Positions 39,501 to 49,637 of a stretch of DNA of 64,000 bases are shown here, piece by piece; the first letter of the stretch is position 1, and the number at the start of each line of letters is the position of its first letter. Source of the DNA: an uncultured Candidatus Saccharibacteria bacterium (GTDB lineage: Bacteria > Patescibacteriota > Minisyncoccia > Portnoybacterales > UBA2143). Below the pieces are notes generated by a model, which had not been told where the DNA came from, did no database searches, and was given only the letters and a program-made list of their open reading frames with translations. The translations under genes were made by a program, and so were the position numbers. The stretch is from the NCBI GenBank assembly GCA_964596615.1, contig CAZQUN010000003.1, positions 2,550-66,549 on the forward strand. The letters are read 5' to 3'.

Positions 39501-39667
39501 AGATTGAAGATATGACTGGCCGGATTGAAACTATTGTTTTTCCATCTATTCTCGAGCAGACCGCCCCGGCCTGGCAGGAAGAAAAAATTGTCCTTATCTC
39601 AGGAAGAATCAGCGACCGGGATAATGACTTGAAAATCCTTTGTGACAATGTTAAGGTATTGGAGTAA
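36512..39667 (+). CDS. dnaE: DNA polymerase III alpha subunit (PHP domain with metal ligands intact)
   Basis: HLHVHSHYSLLDG, TDHG, GRGSAAGS, PDIDLD, KMDFLGL, C-terminal OB fold. Confidence 0.98.
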   Translation: MKFTHLHVHSHYSLLDGLAKIDQILDTCQELKMPSIALTDHGSMYGLVEFYQKAKKRGIRPILGNEVYTAPNGMLQKRPNIDNKRHHLVLLVKNEEGYRNLVKMTSKSYLEGFYYKPRIDKDLLRKHSQGLICLSACLAGEIPQKIMAGKMEEAEKTALEYKEIFGPDFYLEIQHHPGLPEQKDVNEVMVKIAKKLDIPLVATNDAHYVKSEDVTAQDVLMSIQTDKKLDDADRLTMRGDDFSLRPTEQMIKDFKDLPEAIANTQKISDQCNFNFEIGKIHLPQFDVPGNKAPDEYLKELCQKGLKQRRFESSTKEVSERIDYELKAIKQTGFASYFLIVADFVNWAKENGIVVGPGRGSAAGSIVSYLLNITDIDPLKYDLLFERFINTERISMPDIDLDFADDRRDEVIQYVTEKYGQDRVAQIITFGTMAARAAIRDVGRAMDYSYNFCDQIAKMIPFGSTLEKAIHESQELHNTYQSDESAKQLIDMAMKLEGVARHASTHAAGVVITKEPLDNLVPRQHPTQDDEATVIQYDMYSVEDLGLLKMDFLGLRNLTVIQNTLNQIKESTNQEVDLTNLPSNDKKTFQLFREAKTTSVFQLESGGMKRYLKQLKPNHFEDIVAMVALYRPGPIEFIPEFIARKHGLKEVKYLHPKLEPILKNTYGICVYQEQLMHMARDLAGFTPSEADVLRKAVGKKIKKLLDEQKEKMIDGMINNGVEKRIAKKIWQTVEPFAQYGFNRAHSVCYATIGYWTAYLKAHFPTEFMAATLTSEQNDIERIAFLVDECRQMKVKVLPPNINQSYENFSRASNRVIHFGLNAVKNVGHNIVSAIVSEREKNGPYQSIADFIERVESKDLNKKSLESLAKCGALDNFGERNQLLAGMDQMLALARETQRAKQNGQVSLFSGQESATPSLVLPQVTPASKRDYLSWERELLGLYISEHPLERYKDKLDKFTTSCQNLSKVRHRRRIKVGGVVSKIKKINTRSGQPMLFVEIEDMTGRIETIVFPSILEQTAPAWQEEKIVLISGRISDRDNDLKILCDNVKVLE

Positions 39668-39683
39668 ATTAATTTGATTAAAT

Positions 39684-41420
39684 ATGGCTAAAGAATCGAA
39701 AATTGAAATACTGAGGCATTCCATTTCCCATGTCATGGCAGCAGCAGTAATGGAAATCTTTCCTAAGAGTCAGTTAGGCGTTGGCCCATCTATTGAAGAT
39801 GGGTTTTATCATGACTTTGATTTACCCAAGAAACTAACTCCGGCTGATTTGCCTAAAATTGAAAAGAAAATGAGGGAAATTATTAAAAAAGACCTTCCTT
39901 TTAAGAAAACTACCAAGTCAACCAACGAAGCCTTAAAGGAAGCTAAGAGCAAAAAGCTTAAATACCGGGCTGAATTAATTGAAGATTTAAAAAAAGAAAA
40001 AGAAAAAACTGTTTCATTTTACCAAACCGGTAATTTCATTAATCTCTGCAAGGGATCTCATATAAAATCAACCAAGGAAATTAATCCAAAAGCGTTTAAA
40101 TTAACCAAAATAGCCGGCGCCTACTGGAAAGGTAATGAAAAAAACAAAATGTTGACTAGAATTTACGGAGTTGCTTTTAATACCGAAAAAGAATTAAAAG
40201 AATACTTAAAACAGCAGCAAGAAGCCGAAAAAAGAGACCATCGTAAGATCGGTAAGGATTTAGATTTGTTCAGTTTCCACAACGAAGGACATGGTTTTGC
40301 TTTTTGGCACCCGAAAGGCATGGTTTTGCGCGAGGCCTTAATGGAGTTTTATAACAAAAAACAAAAAGAGGCTGGTTACCGAACAATTTCTACCCCAATC
40401 CTGCTTTCAGAAGAGCTTTGGCACAAATCAGGACACTGGGACAATTACAAGGACCAGATGTATTTCACCAAGATAGATAAAAAAACCTATGCGATTAAGC
40501 CAATGAATTGTCCTGGCTGCATTATTATCTATAATGTCCGCCCTCATTCCTATAAAGAGTTCCCGATAAAACTAATTGAATTAGGGGAAGTCCATCGACA
40601 TGAACCGTCCGGTACTCTTCACGGATTATTCAGAGTAAGGGCTTTCCGCCAAGACGACTCCCATATTTTCACCAGAGAAGACCAAATAGAGGAAGAAATT
40701 AAAAAAGTTATCAACCTAACCCTTGATATTTACAAAATTTTTAACTTTAAGAATGTACATATTGAGATTTCTACCCGGCCTAAAAAATCAATTGGCTCCA
40801 AAGCAATTTGGGACAGGTCAGAAAAAACCATGGAAGATGTGTTAAAAAGCCTAAAACTGGACTACAAGATTAATCACGGAGACGGAGCTTTTTACGGACC
40901 GAAGATTGACTTTCATATTGAAGACTCTATTGGACGTTCCTGGCAATGCGGGACAATCCAATTAGATTTTTCCATGCCTCAAAGGTTTGGTTTAAAATAT
41001 ACCGACAAAGACGGTTCCCTAAAACAGCCCGCTATGATCCATAGAACGATACTTGGATCTATCCAGCGTTTCGTAGGAATCTTAGTAGAACACTTTGCCG
41101 GAACCTTCCCTGTTTGGCTGGCTCCAGTCCAGGTCCAAATTATTCCAGTTAGCCAGAAATTCAAGCAATACGCCAAAGAAGTTGAAAAGCAATTGGAAGA
41201 AGAAAATATTAGGATTGAAGTCAACAAGAGCGACGAAACCTTGGGTAAAAAAATCAGAGAAGGCGAACTTCAAAAAATTCCTTATCTTTTAATTGTCGGT
41301 CAGAAAGAAGAAAAAGCTAATTCAGTCGCAGTCAGAGACAGAAAAAAGGGCGATTTAGGCCCTATGAAAATTAGTAAGTTTATTCAAAAGATCAAGGAAG
41401 AAATAGAAAAGAAAAAATAA
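39684..41420 (+). CDS. thrS: Threonine-tRNA ligase (no N-terminal TGS domain)
   Basis: RHSISH, RDHRKIG, KPMNCP, RVRAFRQDDSH, FYGPKID, QCGTIQLDF. Confidence 0.98.
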   Translation: MAKESKIEILRHSISHVMAAAVMEIFPKSQLGVGPSIEDGFYHDFDLPKKLTPADLPKIEKKMREIIKKDLPFKKTTKSTNEALKEAKSKKLKYRAELIEDLKKEKEKTVSFYQTGNFINLCKGSHIKSTKEINPKAFKLTKIAGAYWKGNEKNKMLTRIYGVAFNTEKELKEYLKQQQEAEKRDHRKIGKDLDLFSFHNEGHGFAFWHPKGMVLREALMEFYNKKQKEAGYRTISTPILLSEELWHKSGHWDNYKDQMYFTKIDKKTYAIKPMNCPGCIIIYNVRPHSYKEFPIKLIELGEVHRHEPSGTLHGLFRVRAFRQDDSHIFTREDQIEEEIKKVINLTLDIYKIFNFKNVHIEISTRPKKSIGSKAIWDRSEKTMEDVLKSLKLDYKINHGDGAFYGPKIDFHIEDSIGRSWQCGTIQLDFSMPQRFGLKYTDKDGSLKQPAMIHRTILGSIQRFVGILVEHFAGTFPVWLAPVQVQIIPVSQKFKQYAKEVEKQLEEENIRIEVNKSDETLGKKIREGELQKIPYLLIVGQKEEKANSVAVRDRKKGDLGPMKISKFIQKIKEEIEKKK

Positions 41421-41461
41421 TCCGTTTGACATTATTTTTTATTCTTATAAACTAGAGATAT

Positions 41462-41755
41462 ATGCCAAAGAAAAAAGAAGTCACAAATGAAGCCCTAGCA
41501 AGAATGGTTCAACGAGGTTTTGAAAGTGTTGATAGTCGCTTTGAAAAAGTTGATAAGCGTTTTAATAGCATTGATAAACGTTTTGAAAAAATCAATCAAG
41601 AAATAGCCGCTCTCAAAGCCGGCCAGGGTCATCTATTAAACAATATGGTGGAAGTTAAGGACAAATTAGATAGGTTAGCTCCATATTACGAATTAAAATT
41701 ACTAGAAAAAAGAATTGAAAGATTAGAACTAAAACTGAATATAAAAGGAACTTAA
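41462..41755 (+). CDS. Small coiled-coil protein with (V/I)DxRFxx heptad repeats
   Basis: Three 21-nt repeats at 41528-41590; TTGACA-16-TAAACT promoter 8 nt before the ATG. Confidence 0.75.
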   Translation: MPKKKEVTNEALARMVQRGFESVDSRFEKVDKRFNSIDKRFEKINQEIAALKAGQGHLLNNMVEVKDKLDRLAPYYELKLLEKRIERLELKLNIKGT

Positions 41756-41757
41756 CC

Positions 41758-42495
41758 CTATTCTGTCAAGACTTTTGGGCCTTTTTCGGTGACGGCGATA
41801 GTATGTTCAAAATGAGCTGAAATACTTCCATCTTTTGTCAGATATCCATGCCCGTCCGGGCTTTTTTTAATCCCGGGTTTGCCCATGGTTGCCATTGGCT
41901 CTATGGCTAAAACCATGCCCGGTTTTAATTCTATTCCCTTATGCCTTTGGCCGAAATTAGGAATTTCCGGATTTTCATGAATCTTTTTACCAATACCATG
42001 CCCGCATAAATCGCGGATAACATCAAAACCCTGGTCTTTAATATGCCTTTCTATAGCATGGCCAATATCACCAATGGTCTTGCCTGGTTTTGTCCTGGCA
42101 ATCGCTCTTCGCAGAGCTTTTTTAGTTACCTTAATTAGCCGATTAACTTCCGGGTCAATTGAACCAATTGGCATTGTTATGGCCATATCGGTGTTGAATC
42201 CTTTATAAAGAATACCTAAATCCAGACTTAAAATATCACCATCTTTTAATTGACGGTTGGAAGGAAGAGCATGAACAATTTCTTCATTGATTGAAGTACA
42301 TAAGGCATTAGGAAATCCCCGGTAGCCCTTAAAGGCTGGTTTAGCGCCGTAAGATAAAATAAGGTCGTCAGCGACCTTATCTAATTCTTGGGTAGAAACT
42401 CCCGGCTTAACCTTATTCTTCAATTCTCTGATAATCTTTGCCAGAATCCTCCCACCTTCCCCCATTATTTCAATCTCTTCCTTGGTTTTAATCAT
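41758..42495 (-). CDS. map: Methionine aminopeptidase type I
   Basis: CTSINEEIVH, DLG..D, GHGIG..HE, AIEPM, AHFEHT. Confidence 0.97.
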   Translation of the reverse strand: MIKTKEEIEIMGEGGRILAKIIRELKNKVKPGVSTQELDKVADDLILSYGAKPAFKGYRGFPNALCTSINEEIVHALPSNRQLKDGDILSLDLGILYKGFNTDMAITMPIGSIDPEVNRLIKVTKKALRRAIARTKPGKTIGDIGHAIERHIKDQGFDVIRDLCGHGIGKKIHENPEIPNFGQRHKGIELKPGMVLAIEPMATMGKPGIKKSPDGHGYLTKDGSISAHFEHTIAVTEKGPKVLTE

Positions 42496-43157
42496 TAAAT
42501 TGCTTTTTTAACATCCCGATAAACATCTTCGATGGTCTGTTCGCCGTCAACTTCAACCAGTTTTTTCTGTTTCTGGTAGTACTTGATTACTGGCTCAACT
42601 TCTTTTTTGAAAAATTCCATTCGGGAATTAATTGCTTTGGAATTATCATCTTTTCTTGTCTCCAATTCCCCACCGCACTGGTCGCAAACCTTCAAACTCT
42701 TGAAAGAACCGGTCCAAGGAATAATCCTGCCGCACATTTTGCAGTATCTCCTCTTAGTCAACCGGTCAAAAGCCTTTTGCCTTGAAATATCTATCAAGAT
42801 AACTTTAATGTTTTTTAACTCAAACCAGTCAAAAGCGGCATCCATTAATTCGGCTTCAAAAACTTTTCTCGGACTGCCGTCGATAATCAGGCCTTTAAAT
42901 CCTTTTTTGTTTTTAACCTTTTCCAATTCCCTGGTCCAGATATTGAAAACCAGCCAGCTCGGAGCCAAAATCCCCTTATTAACAAAATTTGCCAGTTTCT
43001 TGCCGGTGAAATCCTTGGTTCCCATTCTTTTCCTTAAGATCTTCCCACTGCCGAAATAGTCAAAACCAAATTCCTTGATTAAAAGTTTAGCTTGGGTTCC
43101 TTTGCCACTCCCGGAACGACCGATTAGAATAATGATTTGAGGTTGTTTTTTGGCCAT
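42495..43157 (-). CDS. adk: Adenylate kinase
   Basis: GRSGSGKGTQ, DGSPR, Zn lid CKMC..CDQC, RKDD; follows secY. Confidence 0.9.
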   Translation of the reverse strand: MAKKQPQIIILIGRSGSGKGTQAKLLIKEFGFDYFGSGKILRKRMGTKDFTGKKLANFVNKGILAPSWLVFNIWTRELEKVKNKKGFKGLIIDGSPRKVFEAELMDAAFDWFELKNIKVILIDISRQKAFDRLTKRRYCKMCGRIIPWTGSFKSLKVCDQCGGELETRKDDNSKAINSRMEFFKKEVEPVIKYYQKQKKLVEVDGEQTIEDVYRDVKKAI

Positions 43158-44440
43158 TAAATTCCCTCGTATTCTCTCATGGTTAATTGAGAGTTAATTT
43201 GTCGCATCATTTCCAGGACAACCGAAACAACAATCAGAAGAGCGGTTCCACCAATAGCAAAACCAAAGGCAGTAATACCGGTTGCCCCCTGAACAACTGA
43301 AGGCAAAACCGCAATTGTTCCTAAAAAGATTGCTCCAAAAAGGAGAACTCGGTTGAGGATGAAATAGAGGAAGTCGGAGGTTGGCCGGCCCGGTCGGATA
43401 CCCGGAACAAACCCGCCCATTTTCTGAAGATTATTAGCAATATTTTTCGGGTCAAAAGTAACGGCCGTGTAGAAATATGTAAAGAGAACGACCAGGGCAA
43501 AGTAGGCGGCACCGTAAAACCAGGGATTCTGGAAAAGATTACTGACAATTTGAGAAAGATTAGCTATCCAGGCAGTACTCGAACCACTTAAAAAGCTGGC
43601 AACCATGCCCGGAAAAAGCATAATTGAAAGGGCGAAAATGATTGGAATGACTCCGGCTGGATTAACATTTAAAGGAAGATAAGTTGAAACTCCGCCATAA
43701 ATTTTATTCCCTCGGACCCTTTTAGCGTATGAGACCGGAATATTTCTTCTGCCTTCGGTAATAACAACAACGCCGGCAGTAATGACAAGAGCCAGGACAA
43801 AGAAAGCCAGATAAGACGGGATTTTGGAAGGATCATAGGTCGCCGCTAATTCCCTGATTGAAAGAGGAACTCTTGAAACAATTCCGGCAAAAATTAAAAG
43901 AGAAATACCATTACCAATGCCCTTTTCCGAAATTAATTCTCCCAGCCACATTAAAAACAAGGCTCCGGCAGTAATAACTGTTATTGAAGTCACCCATTGA
44001 TTCATGGTCAAAGGACCAAGAACACCTTGTCGGCTTAAAAGCGTCAACATGGCATATGATTGAAGAGCAGCTAAAGGAACAGCTAACATCCGGCCATACT
44101 GATTAAACTTTTGCCGGCCAGCTTCGCCTTCTTCTTTGTAAATCGCTTCTAATTGAGGAAAAATCATGGTTAGAAGCTGCATAATGATAGTGGCGGTAAT
44201 GTAGGGGCCCAAGCCAAGCATGACAATGGAAAGATTACTCATTGCTCCGCCGGTAAAAATATTTAAAAGACCAAATAGCTGGTTATTGGAAAAAAACTGC
44301 CTTAATTGTTCTGTATCAATTCCAGGAACAGGAACATTAGCCGCGATTCTGAAAACAACCAGAACCATTAAAACAAAGAGGATTTTCTTTCTTAAATCCT
44401 TAATCTTAAATATTTGAATAATCTTATTCAGCCACTTCAT
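43157..44440 (-). CDS. secY: Preprotein translocase subunit SecY
   Basis: LGLGPYITA, GIGNGISLLIFAGI, AGVIPIIFA, PGIRPG. Confidence 0.98.
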   Translation of the reverse strand: MKWLNKIIQIFKIKDLRKKILFVLMVLVVFRIAANVPVPGIDTEQLRQFFSNNQLFGLLNIFTGGAMSNLSIVMLGLGPYITATIIMQLLTMIFPQLEAIYKEEGEAGRQKFNQYGRMLAVPLAALQSYAMLTLLSRQGVLGPLTMNQWVTSITVITAGALFLMWLGELISEKGIGNGISLLIFAGIVSRVPLSIRELAATYDPSKIPSYLAFFVLALVITAGVVVITEGRRNIPVSYAKRVRGNKIYGGVSTYLPLNVNPAGVIPIIFALSIMLFPGMVASFLSGSSTAWIANLSQIVSNLFQNPWFYGAAYFALVVLFTYFYTAVTFDPKNIANNLQKMGGFVPGIRPGRPTSDFLYFILNRVLLFGAIFLGTIAVLPSVVQGATGITAFGFAIGGTALLIVVSVVLEMMRQINSQLTMREYEGI

Positions 44441-44442
44441 AA

Positions 44443-44931
44443 TTATTTCTTCAAAACTTTCTTTTTATTTACCGGCTTGGTTTGTTTTTTAGTTTTTTCC
44501 CGGGCTTTTTTTGAGAAACCAATTCTCCTAAATTCTAATTTCTTCTTGAGATCTCCTTTTCCCAGAATTTTTATCTTCGGTATTCTCCCTTTCATTTTAC
44601 TAATCAAACCCTTTTCGAGCAAGGTCTTGGGCGAAACAATTTCTCCGCTTTTAAAGAGTTTTTCAATTTCTGACAAATTAAAGATAATTGGTTTGATTCT
44701 TTGAGGTTTAACTCCTTTTCTAATTGGAACTTTGCCAACTGAACCTTTTTGTTTCGGTAGTCGTTTGATTAAAGAAGTGTCGCCGCCGGCAAAACCAGGA
44801 CGAGGCTTTTTGCCCGCCCGTGATTTTTGGCCCTTCATTCCTTTGCCTGAATAAGTGCCTTTTTTCCCGCCTCGGCCAACTCTTTTACGATTCTTTTTCT
44901 GATGTTTAGGTTTTAATTGATGTATTTGCAT
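44443..44931 (-). CDS. rplO: 50S ribosomal protein L15
   Basis: RVGRGGKKGTYSGKGMKGQKSR, KILGKG. Confidence 0.95.
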   Translation of the reverse strand: MQIHQLKPKHQKKNRKRVGRGGKKGTYSGKGMKGQKSRAGKKPRPGFAGGDTSLIKRLPKQKGSVGKVPIRKGVKPQRIKPIIFNLSEIEKLFKSGEIVSPKTLLEKGLISKMKGRIPKIKILGKGDLKKKLEFRRIGFSKKAREKTKKQTKPVNKKKVLKK

Positions 44932-44935
44932 GTTT

Positions 44936-45436
44936 TTACTTCTTATTCTTCTCTTTGATTTCTGTTTCTAAACTTTCTAAAGCCTTAATTGTTGCCTTAG
45001 CATTATTAAGCTTATTCCTGGTCTTGCCGACAATCTTTCCAGAAAGGTTATCAATGCCAGCCAAATCACAGACAACCCGGACTGCTCCGCCAGCAACAAT
45101 TCCTCTTCCTTTGGCAGCCGGCTTTAAAATTACCCGAGCAGTGCTGAATTTAGCTTCAACCTGATGAGGAATTGTTCCATTGGTAATCGGAACTCTAATC
45201 ATATTCTTCCTGGCCCGAGCAACCGCTTTTTCAACCGCCAGACTGACATCCTGTCCTTTGCTGACACCAACGCCGACTTTGCCCGCTCTATCGCCAATAA
45301 TCATAACTGCCCGGAAGCGAAATCGACGGCCACCGGCAACAACCCGAACAACCCGGGCAACATCAAGTAATTTTTGATCGTATTCTCCCTGATTAGGAAA
45401 ATCCGTTTTTTTCTTTTTATCTCTTTGCTCTGTCAT
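44936..45436 (-). CDS. rpsE: 30S ribosomal protein S5
   Basis: RVVAGGRRFRF, GTIPH, GIVAGG. Confidence 0.97.
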   Translation of the reverse strand: MTEQRDKKKKTDFPNQGEYDQKLLDVARVVRVVAGGRRFRFRAVMIIGDRAGKVGVGVSKGQDVSLAVEKAVARARKNMIRVPITNGTIPHQVEAKFSTARVILKPAAKGRGIVAGGAVRVVCDLAGIDNLSGKIVGKTRNKLNNAKATIKALESLETEIKEKNKK

Positions 45437-45440
45437 GTTA

Positions 45441-45785
45441 CTAAAACTTTAATCCTCCTTCCCTGGCACCTTCAGCCAAGGCCTTAACCCGACCATGATA
45501 CCTGTATTTTCCTCTGTCAAAAACAACTTCTTTAATTTCTTTTTTTACTGCTTTTTGGGCAATTGATTTACCAACTTCTTGAGCAATTTCTGTTTTAGTC
45601 ATTTTCCCTTTAATTTTCAGATCATTGGCGCTAACTAGGGTCTTTTTCTGGCCATCACCAATTATTTGAGCGCTAATATGCTTGTTGCTTCGAAAAACCG
45701 AAAGCCGGGGACGACTGCTAATCCCTTTTATCTTTGTTCTTGTTCTTTTGGAGCGCTGACGCGCTTTTTCCTGTTTCTTTTGCAT
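45441..45785 (-). CDS. rplR: 50S ribosomal protein L18
   Basis: [31 protein letters not shown]. Confidence 0.97.
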   Translation of the reverse strand: MQKKQEKARQRSKRTRTKIKGISSRPRLSVFRSNKHISAQIIGDGQKKTLVSANDLKIKGKMTKTEIAQEVGKSIAQKAVKKEIKEVVFDRGKYRYHGRVKALAEGAREGGLKF

Positions 45786-45789
45786 GTGA

Positions 45790-46332
45790 CTATTCCGTTC
45801 CAACCGCTTTTTTACCGGCCTTTCTTCTAATAACTTCATCAACATATTTTATTCCCTTACCCTTGTAGGGTTCCGGCTTTTTCTTGCTTCTAATTTTTGC
45901 CGCTATCTGACCGACTAACTGTTTGTCAATTCCGGAAACACTGATAAGATTCCTTTCAACCTTGAATTCAATTCCTTCGGGCGCCTCTATTTCTACCGGA
46001 TGAGAAAAACCAAGATGTAAGACCAGTTTTTTACCCTCTAAATTAGCACGGTAACCAACTCCGTTGACTTCCAGTTTTTTCTCAAATCCTTCTGTTACCC
46101 CTTCAATCATGTTGGAAATTAAACTTCGCCAGAGCCCCCACAAAGCGGCTGAATTTTTAGTTTTTTTCCGGGGCGAAACTTTTAATTCTTTTTCCTCTAA
46201 AGAAACTTCCAATTCTAATGGAATTAACCGGGTTAATTCTCCTTTTGGGCCTTTGACTTTAATTTCTCTCTTGCTTAATTTAACTTCAACGCCCTGGGGA
46301 ATTTCAATTGTTTTCTTGCCTATTCTACTCAT
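45790..46332 (-). CDS. rplF: 50S ribosomal protein L6
   Basis: [21 protein letters not shown]. Confidence 0.98.
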   Translation of the reverse strand: MSRIGKKTIEIPQGVEVKLSKREIKVKGPKGELTRLIPLELEVSLEEKELKVSPRKKTKNSAALWGLWRSLISNMIEGVTEGFEKKLEVNGVGYRANLEGKKLVLHLGFSHPVEIEAPEGIEFKVERNLISVSGIDKQLVGQIAAKIRSKKKPEPYKGKGIKYVDEVIRRKAGKKAVGTE

Positions 46333-46336
46333 ATTT

Positions 46337-46726
46337 TTACCAGACCTCGCAAATTACTTCTCCGCCCAGACCTTTTTTTCTTGCTTCTCTGTTACTCATT
46401 ATTCCAGAAGGAGTTGAGATAATACTAATACCGTAATCTTGTCTAATCGGCCTAATCTGGTCTTTTTTGATATAGATTCTTTTACCCGGCTTGCTTATTC
46501 TCCTAATTTTGATTATTGCCGGTCTTTCCTTTTTGTATTTCAAAGTAATTTCTATTGTTCTTTTGGTTTTTCTTCCTTTGGTTTCTATCTGGTTAATAAA
46601 ATCTTCTCTTTCCAAAGCCTTGGCTATCTCCAGTTTAATTTTAGAATAGGGAAAATCAACTCTTTCGTGATTAACCGATTGAGCATTCCTTATTCTAGTC
46701 AACATGTCGGAAATTGGATCTACCAT
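46337..46726 (-). CDS. rpsH: 30S ribosomal protein S8
   Basis: [26 protein letters not shown]. Confidence 0.98.
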   Translation of the reverse strand: MVDPISDMLTRIRNAQSVNHERVDFPYSKIKLEIAKALEREDFINQIETKGRKTKRTIEITLKYKKERPAIIKIRRISKPGKRIYIKKDQIRPIRQDYGISIISTPSGIMSNREARKKGLGGEVICEVW

Positions 46727-46905
46727 GATGATTTTTTAACCCCTGGAATTTCTCCCCGGTTGGCTAATTCCCGGAAACAAATTCGGCAAAGGCCAAATCT
46801 TTTAAAATATCCTCTTTTTCTGCCACAACGAAAGCAGCGCCGGACTATCCGGGTTGAAAACTTTGGTTTCTTATTCGCTCTGGCAATAACTGATTTCTTA
46901 GCCAT
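46720..46905 (-). CDS. rpsN: 30S ribosomal protein S14 (Zn-binding type Z)
   Basis: [25 protein letters not shown]. Confidence 0.97.
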   Translation of the reverse strand: MAKKSVIARANKKPKFSTRIVRRCFRCGRKRGYFKRFGLCRICFRELANRGEIPGVKKSSW

Positions 46906-46907
46906 AA

Positions 46908-47447
46908 TTATTTGAATTTAATAGGGAAGCCTAATAATCTGAATAATTCTTTTCCTTCTTTTTTTGTTTTGGCTGTTGTGACAACGGCAATCTCAAGGCC
47001 AAAAATATTCCTGGCGCTTTCAGCTGAAATTTCAGGAAAAACAATCTGTTCTTTCATGCCAATGTTCAAATTGCCATTTTGATCAATATTCTTTTTATCC
47101 AGGCCGCGAAAATCTCGGCCTCGAGGTAAAACAATATGAATTAATCTGTCTAAAAAATCATGCATTCTTTGTCCTCTTAAAGTGACGGCCAGACCAACCT
47201 TCATTCCTTCTCTGGTCTTGAATCCGGCAATCGATTTCTTGGCCTGGCGAAAAGCCGGTTTCTGACCGGTAATTATCGCCATATCCTGGGCAACCTCTTC
47301 CTGAAACTTATCATCTCTGATAACCGGGCTAAAACCGGTATTAAGAACAACTTTCTCAATTCTGGGTACAGCTAAATTACTTCGATAGCCGAATTTTTCT
47401 TTCATTTGAGGAATTGCTTCTTTAAGATATTTTTCCTTTAATTTCAT
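46908..47447 (-). CDS. rplE: 50S ribosomal protein L5
   Basis: [26 protein letters not shown]. Confidence 0.97.
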   Translation of the reverse strand: MKLKEKYLKEAIPQMKEKFGYRSNLAVPRIEKVVLNTGFSPVIRDDKFQEEVAQDMAIITGQKPAFRQAKKSIAGFKTREGMKVGLAVTLRGQRMHDFLDRLIHIVLPRGRDFRGLDKKNIDQNGNLNIGMKEQIVFPEISAESARNIFGLEIAVVTTAKTKKEGKELFRLLGFPIKFK

Positions 47448-47749
47448 AATTCCTGATTGCATTTTTTACAAAATCGGTATTTACCTTTTTCCGTCAGCCG
47501 GTATCCAACCCGGCTGGCCTTATTACATTTAGAACAAACTAATTTAACACTGGAAGCATCAATCGGTTTGGGCAATTGAATAATTTGTCCTTTTTCCTTT
47601 TCGCTCTTCGGCCGACGATGTTTTTTGACAACGTTAACTCCTTCAACAGCAATTTTATTCAAAAGCGGAAAAACCTCGAGGACTTTTCCTTTTTTACCCT
47701 TGTCTTTTCCGGAGATTATCAAAACATTGTCATCTTTTTTAATTTTCAT
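47444..47749 (-). CDS. rplX: 50S ribosomal protein L24
   Basis: KIKKDDNVLIISGKDKGK, VEGVN. Confidence 0.97.
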   Translation of the reverse strand: MKIKKDDNVLIISGKDKGKKGKVLEVFPLLNKIAVEGVNVVKKHRRPKSEKEKGQIIQLPKPIDASSVKLVCSKCNKASRVGYRLTEKGKYRFCKKCNQEL

Positions 47750-48114
47750 TAAAGTACCTCCGGCGCTAGAGAAACTATCTTATCAAAGCCTTTTTCTTTT
47801 AATTCTCTTGGGACTGGTCCGAAAATCCGACCGCCTTTGGGAACATAGCCATCAACTATGACAGCGGCGTTTTCATCAAAACGAATATATGAGCCGTCCT
47901 TCCGGCGATAGGTCTTTTTCTGACGAACAATTGTTGCTCGGACAATATCCTTTTTTTTGACAGCCTTTCTTGGCTCAGCTGATTTGACTGAAGCGACAAT
48001 AAGGTCGCCGATTTGGGCATAACGTCTTCGGCTTCCGCCTAAAACTTTAAAGCACTGGATAATTTTTGCTCCAGTATTATCTGCGACTTTCAATTTTGTT
48101 CCAGCTTGTATCAT
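47749..48114 (-). CDS. rplN: 50S ribosomal protein L14
   Basis: [28 protein letters not shown]. Confidence 0.98.
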   Translation of the reverse strand: MIQAGTKLKVADNTGAKIIQCFKVLGGSRRRYAQIGDLIVASVKSAEPRKAVKKKDIVRATIVRQKKTYRRKDGSYIRFDENAAVIVDGYVPKGGRIFGPVPRELKEKGFDKIVSLAPEVL

Positions 48115-48389
48115 ATTTTTTTACTAACAATCCACCTCTTATTCTTACTCATTGGTTTAGCTTCCTGAATAACAACTTTATCTCCTTTTTTGTATTCATT
48201 TTTTTGGTCATCAACCTTGTATTTTTTTGAAACTTTGTATCTTTTTCTGTATTTAGGGTGTTCTTTGTATCGATTAACCAGAACAACAATAGTCTTGTCC
48301 ATTTTATCGCTTAGAACAACACCCTTAAGAAGCCGCCCTGTCTTTTTCGGTTCTGACTCTTTTTTGATTTGTTTCTCTTTTTTATCCAT
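48111..48389 (-). CDS. rpsQ: 30S ribosomal protein S17
   Basis: [26 protein letters not shown]. Confidence 0.96.
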   Translation of the reverse strand: MDKKEKQIKKESEPKKTGRLLKGVVLSDKMDKTIVVLVNRYKEHPKYRKRYKVSKKYKVDDQKNEYKKGDKVVIQEAKPMSKNKRWIVSKKI

Positions 48390-48573
48390 TTTCTTCAATG
48401 TTTAAAAGCGTTAAAATCCGGGCGATATCTCTTCTTAATTCTCTGACCTGCCTGACATTTTTGAGCTTCTTTGAGGCCAGGTCAAATTGCAACTGACCGA
48501 CTTTTCGACGATTCTCTTTAAGTAAATTACTTAATTCCTTTTTGCTTTTCTGGCGAAGTTCTTTTATCTTCAT
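48382..48573 (-). CDS. rpmC: 50S ribosomal protein L29
   Basis: [15 protein letters not shown]; operon position. Confidence 0.94.
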   Translation of the reverse strand: MKIKELRQKSKKELSNLLKENRRKVGQLQFDLASKKLKNVRQVRELRRDIARILTLLNIEENG

Positions 48574-48983
48574 GTTCGGGTGATGAATTTAGTTCTAAAA
48601 GGAAGTTTGTGGCCGGCTCGACGCATGGCTTCTTTAGCTAATTCTTCTGGAACGCCATCCATTTCAAAGATTATCCGGCCGGGCTTAATCATAGCAACAT
48701 AGTGATCAACACTTCCTTTGCCTCCGCCCATTTTAACTTCATTGGGCTTCAGGGTTATGGGTTTGTCAGGAAAAATTCTTATCCAGATTTTTCCTCCCCG
48801 CTGGACATATCTGGTCATTGCCCTTCGGGCGGCTTCAATTTGTCTGGCAGTCAGCCAGGCATCAGTTGTCGCCTTAAGAGCGTAAGAACCAAAGGAAATC
48901 TCCGTTCCCCGAGTTTCCATTCCTTTTCCTTTCCTTCTTCCTCTTTGCCACTTCCTATGTTTTACTTTTTTGGGCTGCAACAT
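48570..48983 (-). CDS. rplP: 50S ribosomal protein L16
   Basis: [28 protein letters not shown]. Confidence 0.98.
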   Translation of the reverse strand: MLQPKKVKHRKWQRGRRKGKGMETRGTEISFGSYALKATTDAWLTARQIEAARRAMTRYVQRGGKIWIRIFPDKPITLKPNEVKMGGGKGSVDHYVAMIKPGRIIFEMDGVPEELAKEAMRRAGHKLPFRTKFITRT

Positions 48984-49635
48984 AATTAAAGATTTCTCCT
49001 TTGTAAATCCAGACCTTTATTCCAACTGTTCCGTAGGTAGTGTAGGCGGTTGAAGAAGCGTAGTCAATATCAGCCCGCAGGTTCTGAAGAGGAATTTTAC
49101 CATCTTTGAGCCATTCTTTTCGGGCGATTAAAGCTCCGTTTAACCTGCCTTTTATCATAACTCTGGCTCCCTTAATATCCCTGTTCTGCATAATCTTATC
49201 CAAAGCTTGTTTCATTACCCGGCGATAAGGCATTCTCTTTTCAATCTGGAAAGCCATATCAGATGCGACAACATTTGCTTGGCCGGTTGGCTGTCTGACT
49301 TCTTCAATTTCTAAGCGAATTTCTGTTTTAGCCAAAGAAGGGTCTTTTTTAAGAAGTAAATTCTTGATTTGTTTTTTTAAATCCTCTACTCCGGTTCCTC
49401 CCCGGCCAATAACCAGTCCGGGTCGGGCAGTCTCAATAATGATATTAACGAAATTGGCTGAACGCTCTATTTCAACTGAATTAATACCGGCTTTTTCCAG
49501 TTTTTTGGCAATAAAACTCCGCAAGATATGGTCTTGCTCAAGTAAATCCTTGTATTTCTTCTTATTAAACCAACGCGATTTCCAGTTCTTGATTATTCCT
49601 AAACGGAAAGCGAAGGGATGAACTTTTTGTCCCAT
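48955..49635 (-). CDS. rpsC: 30S ribosomal protein S3
   Basis: [33 protein letters not shown]. Confidence 0.98.
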   Translation of the reverse strand: MGQKVHPFAFRLGIIKNWKSRWFNKKKYKDLLEQDHILRSFIAKKLEKAGINSVEIERSANFVNIIIETARPGLVIGRGGTGVEDLKKQIKNLLLKKDPSLAKTEIRLEIEEVRQPTGQANVVASDMAFQIEKRMPYRRVMKQALDKIMQNRDIKGARVMIKGRLNGALIARKEWLKDGKIPLQNLRADIDYASSTAYTTYGTVGIKVWIYKGEIFNYVAAQKSKT

Positions 49636-49637
49636 GA

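Noticed and set aside
41528-41590. 21-nt tandem repeat as a regulatory or CRISPR-like repeat
   Set aside because: It is in-frame coding for coiled-coil heptads.
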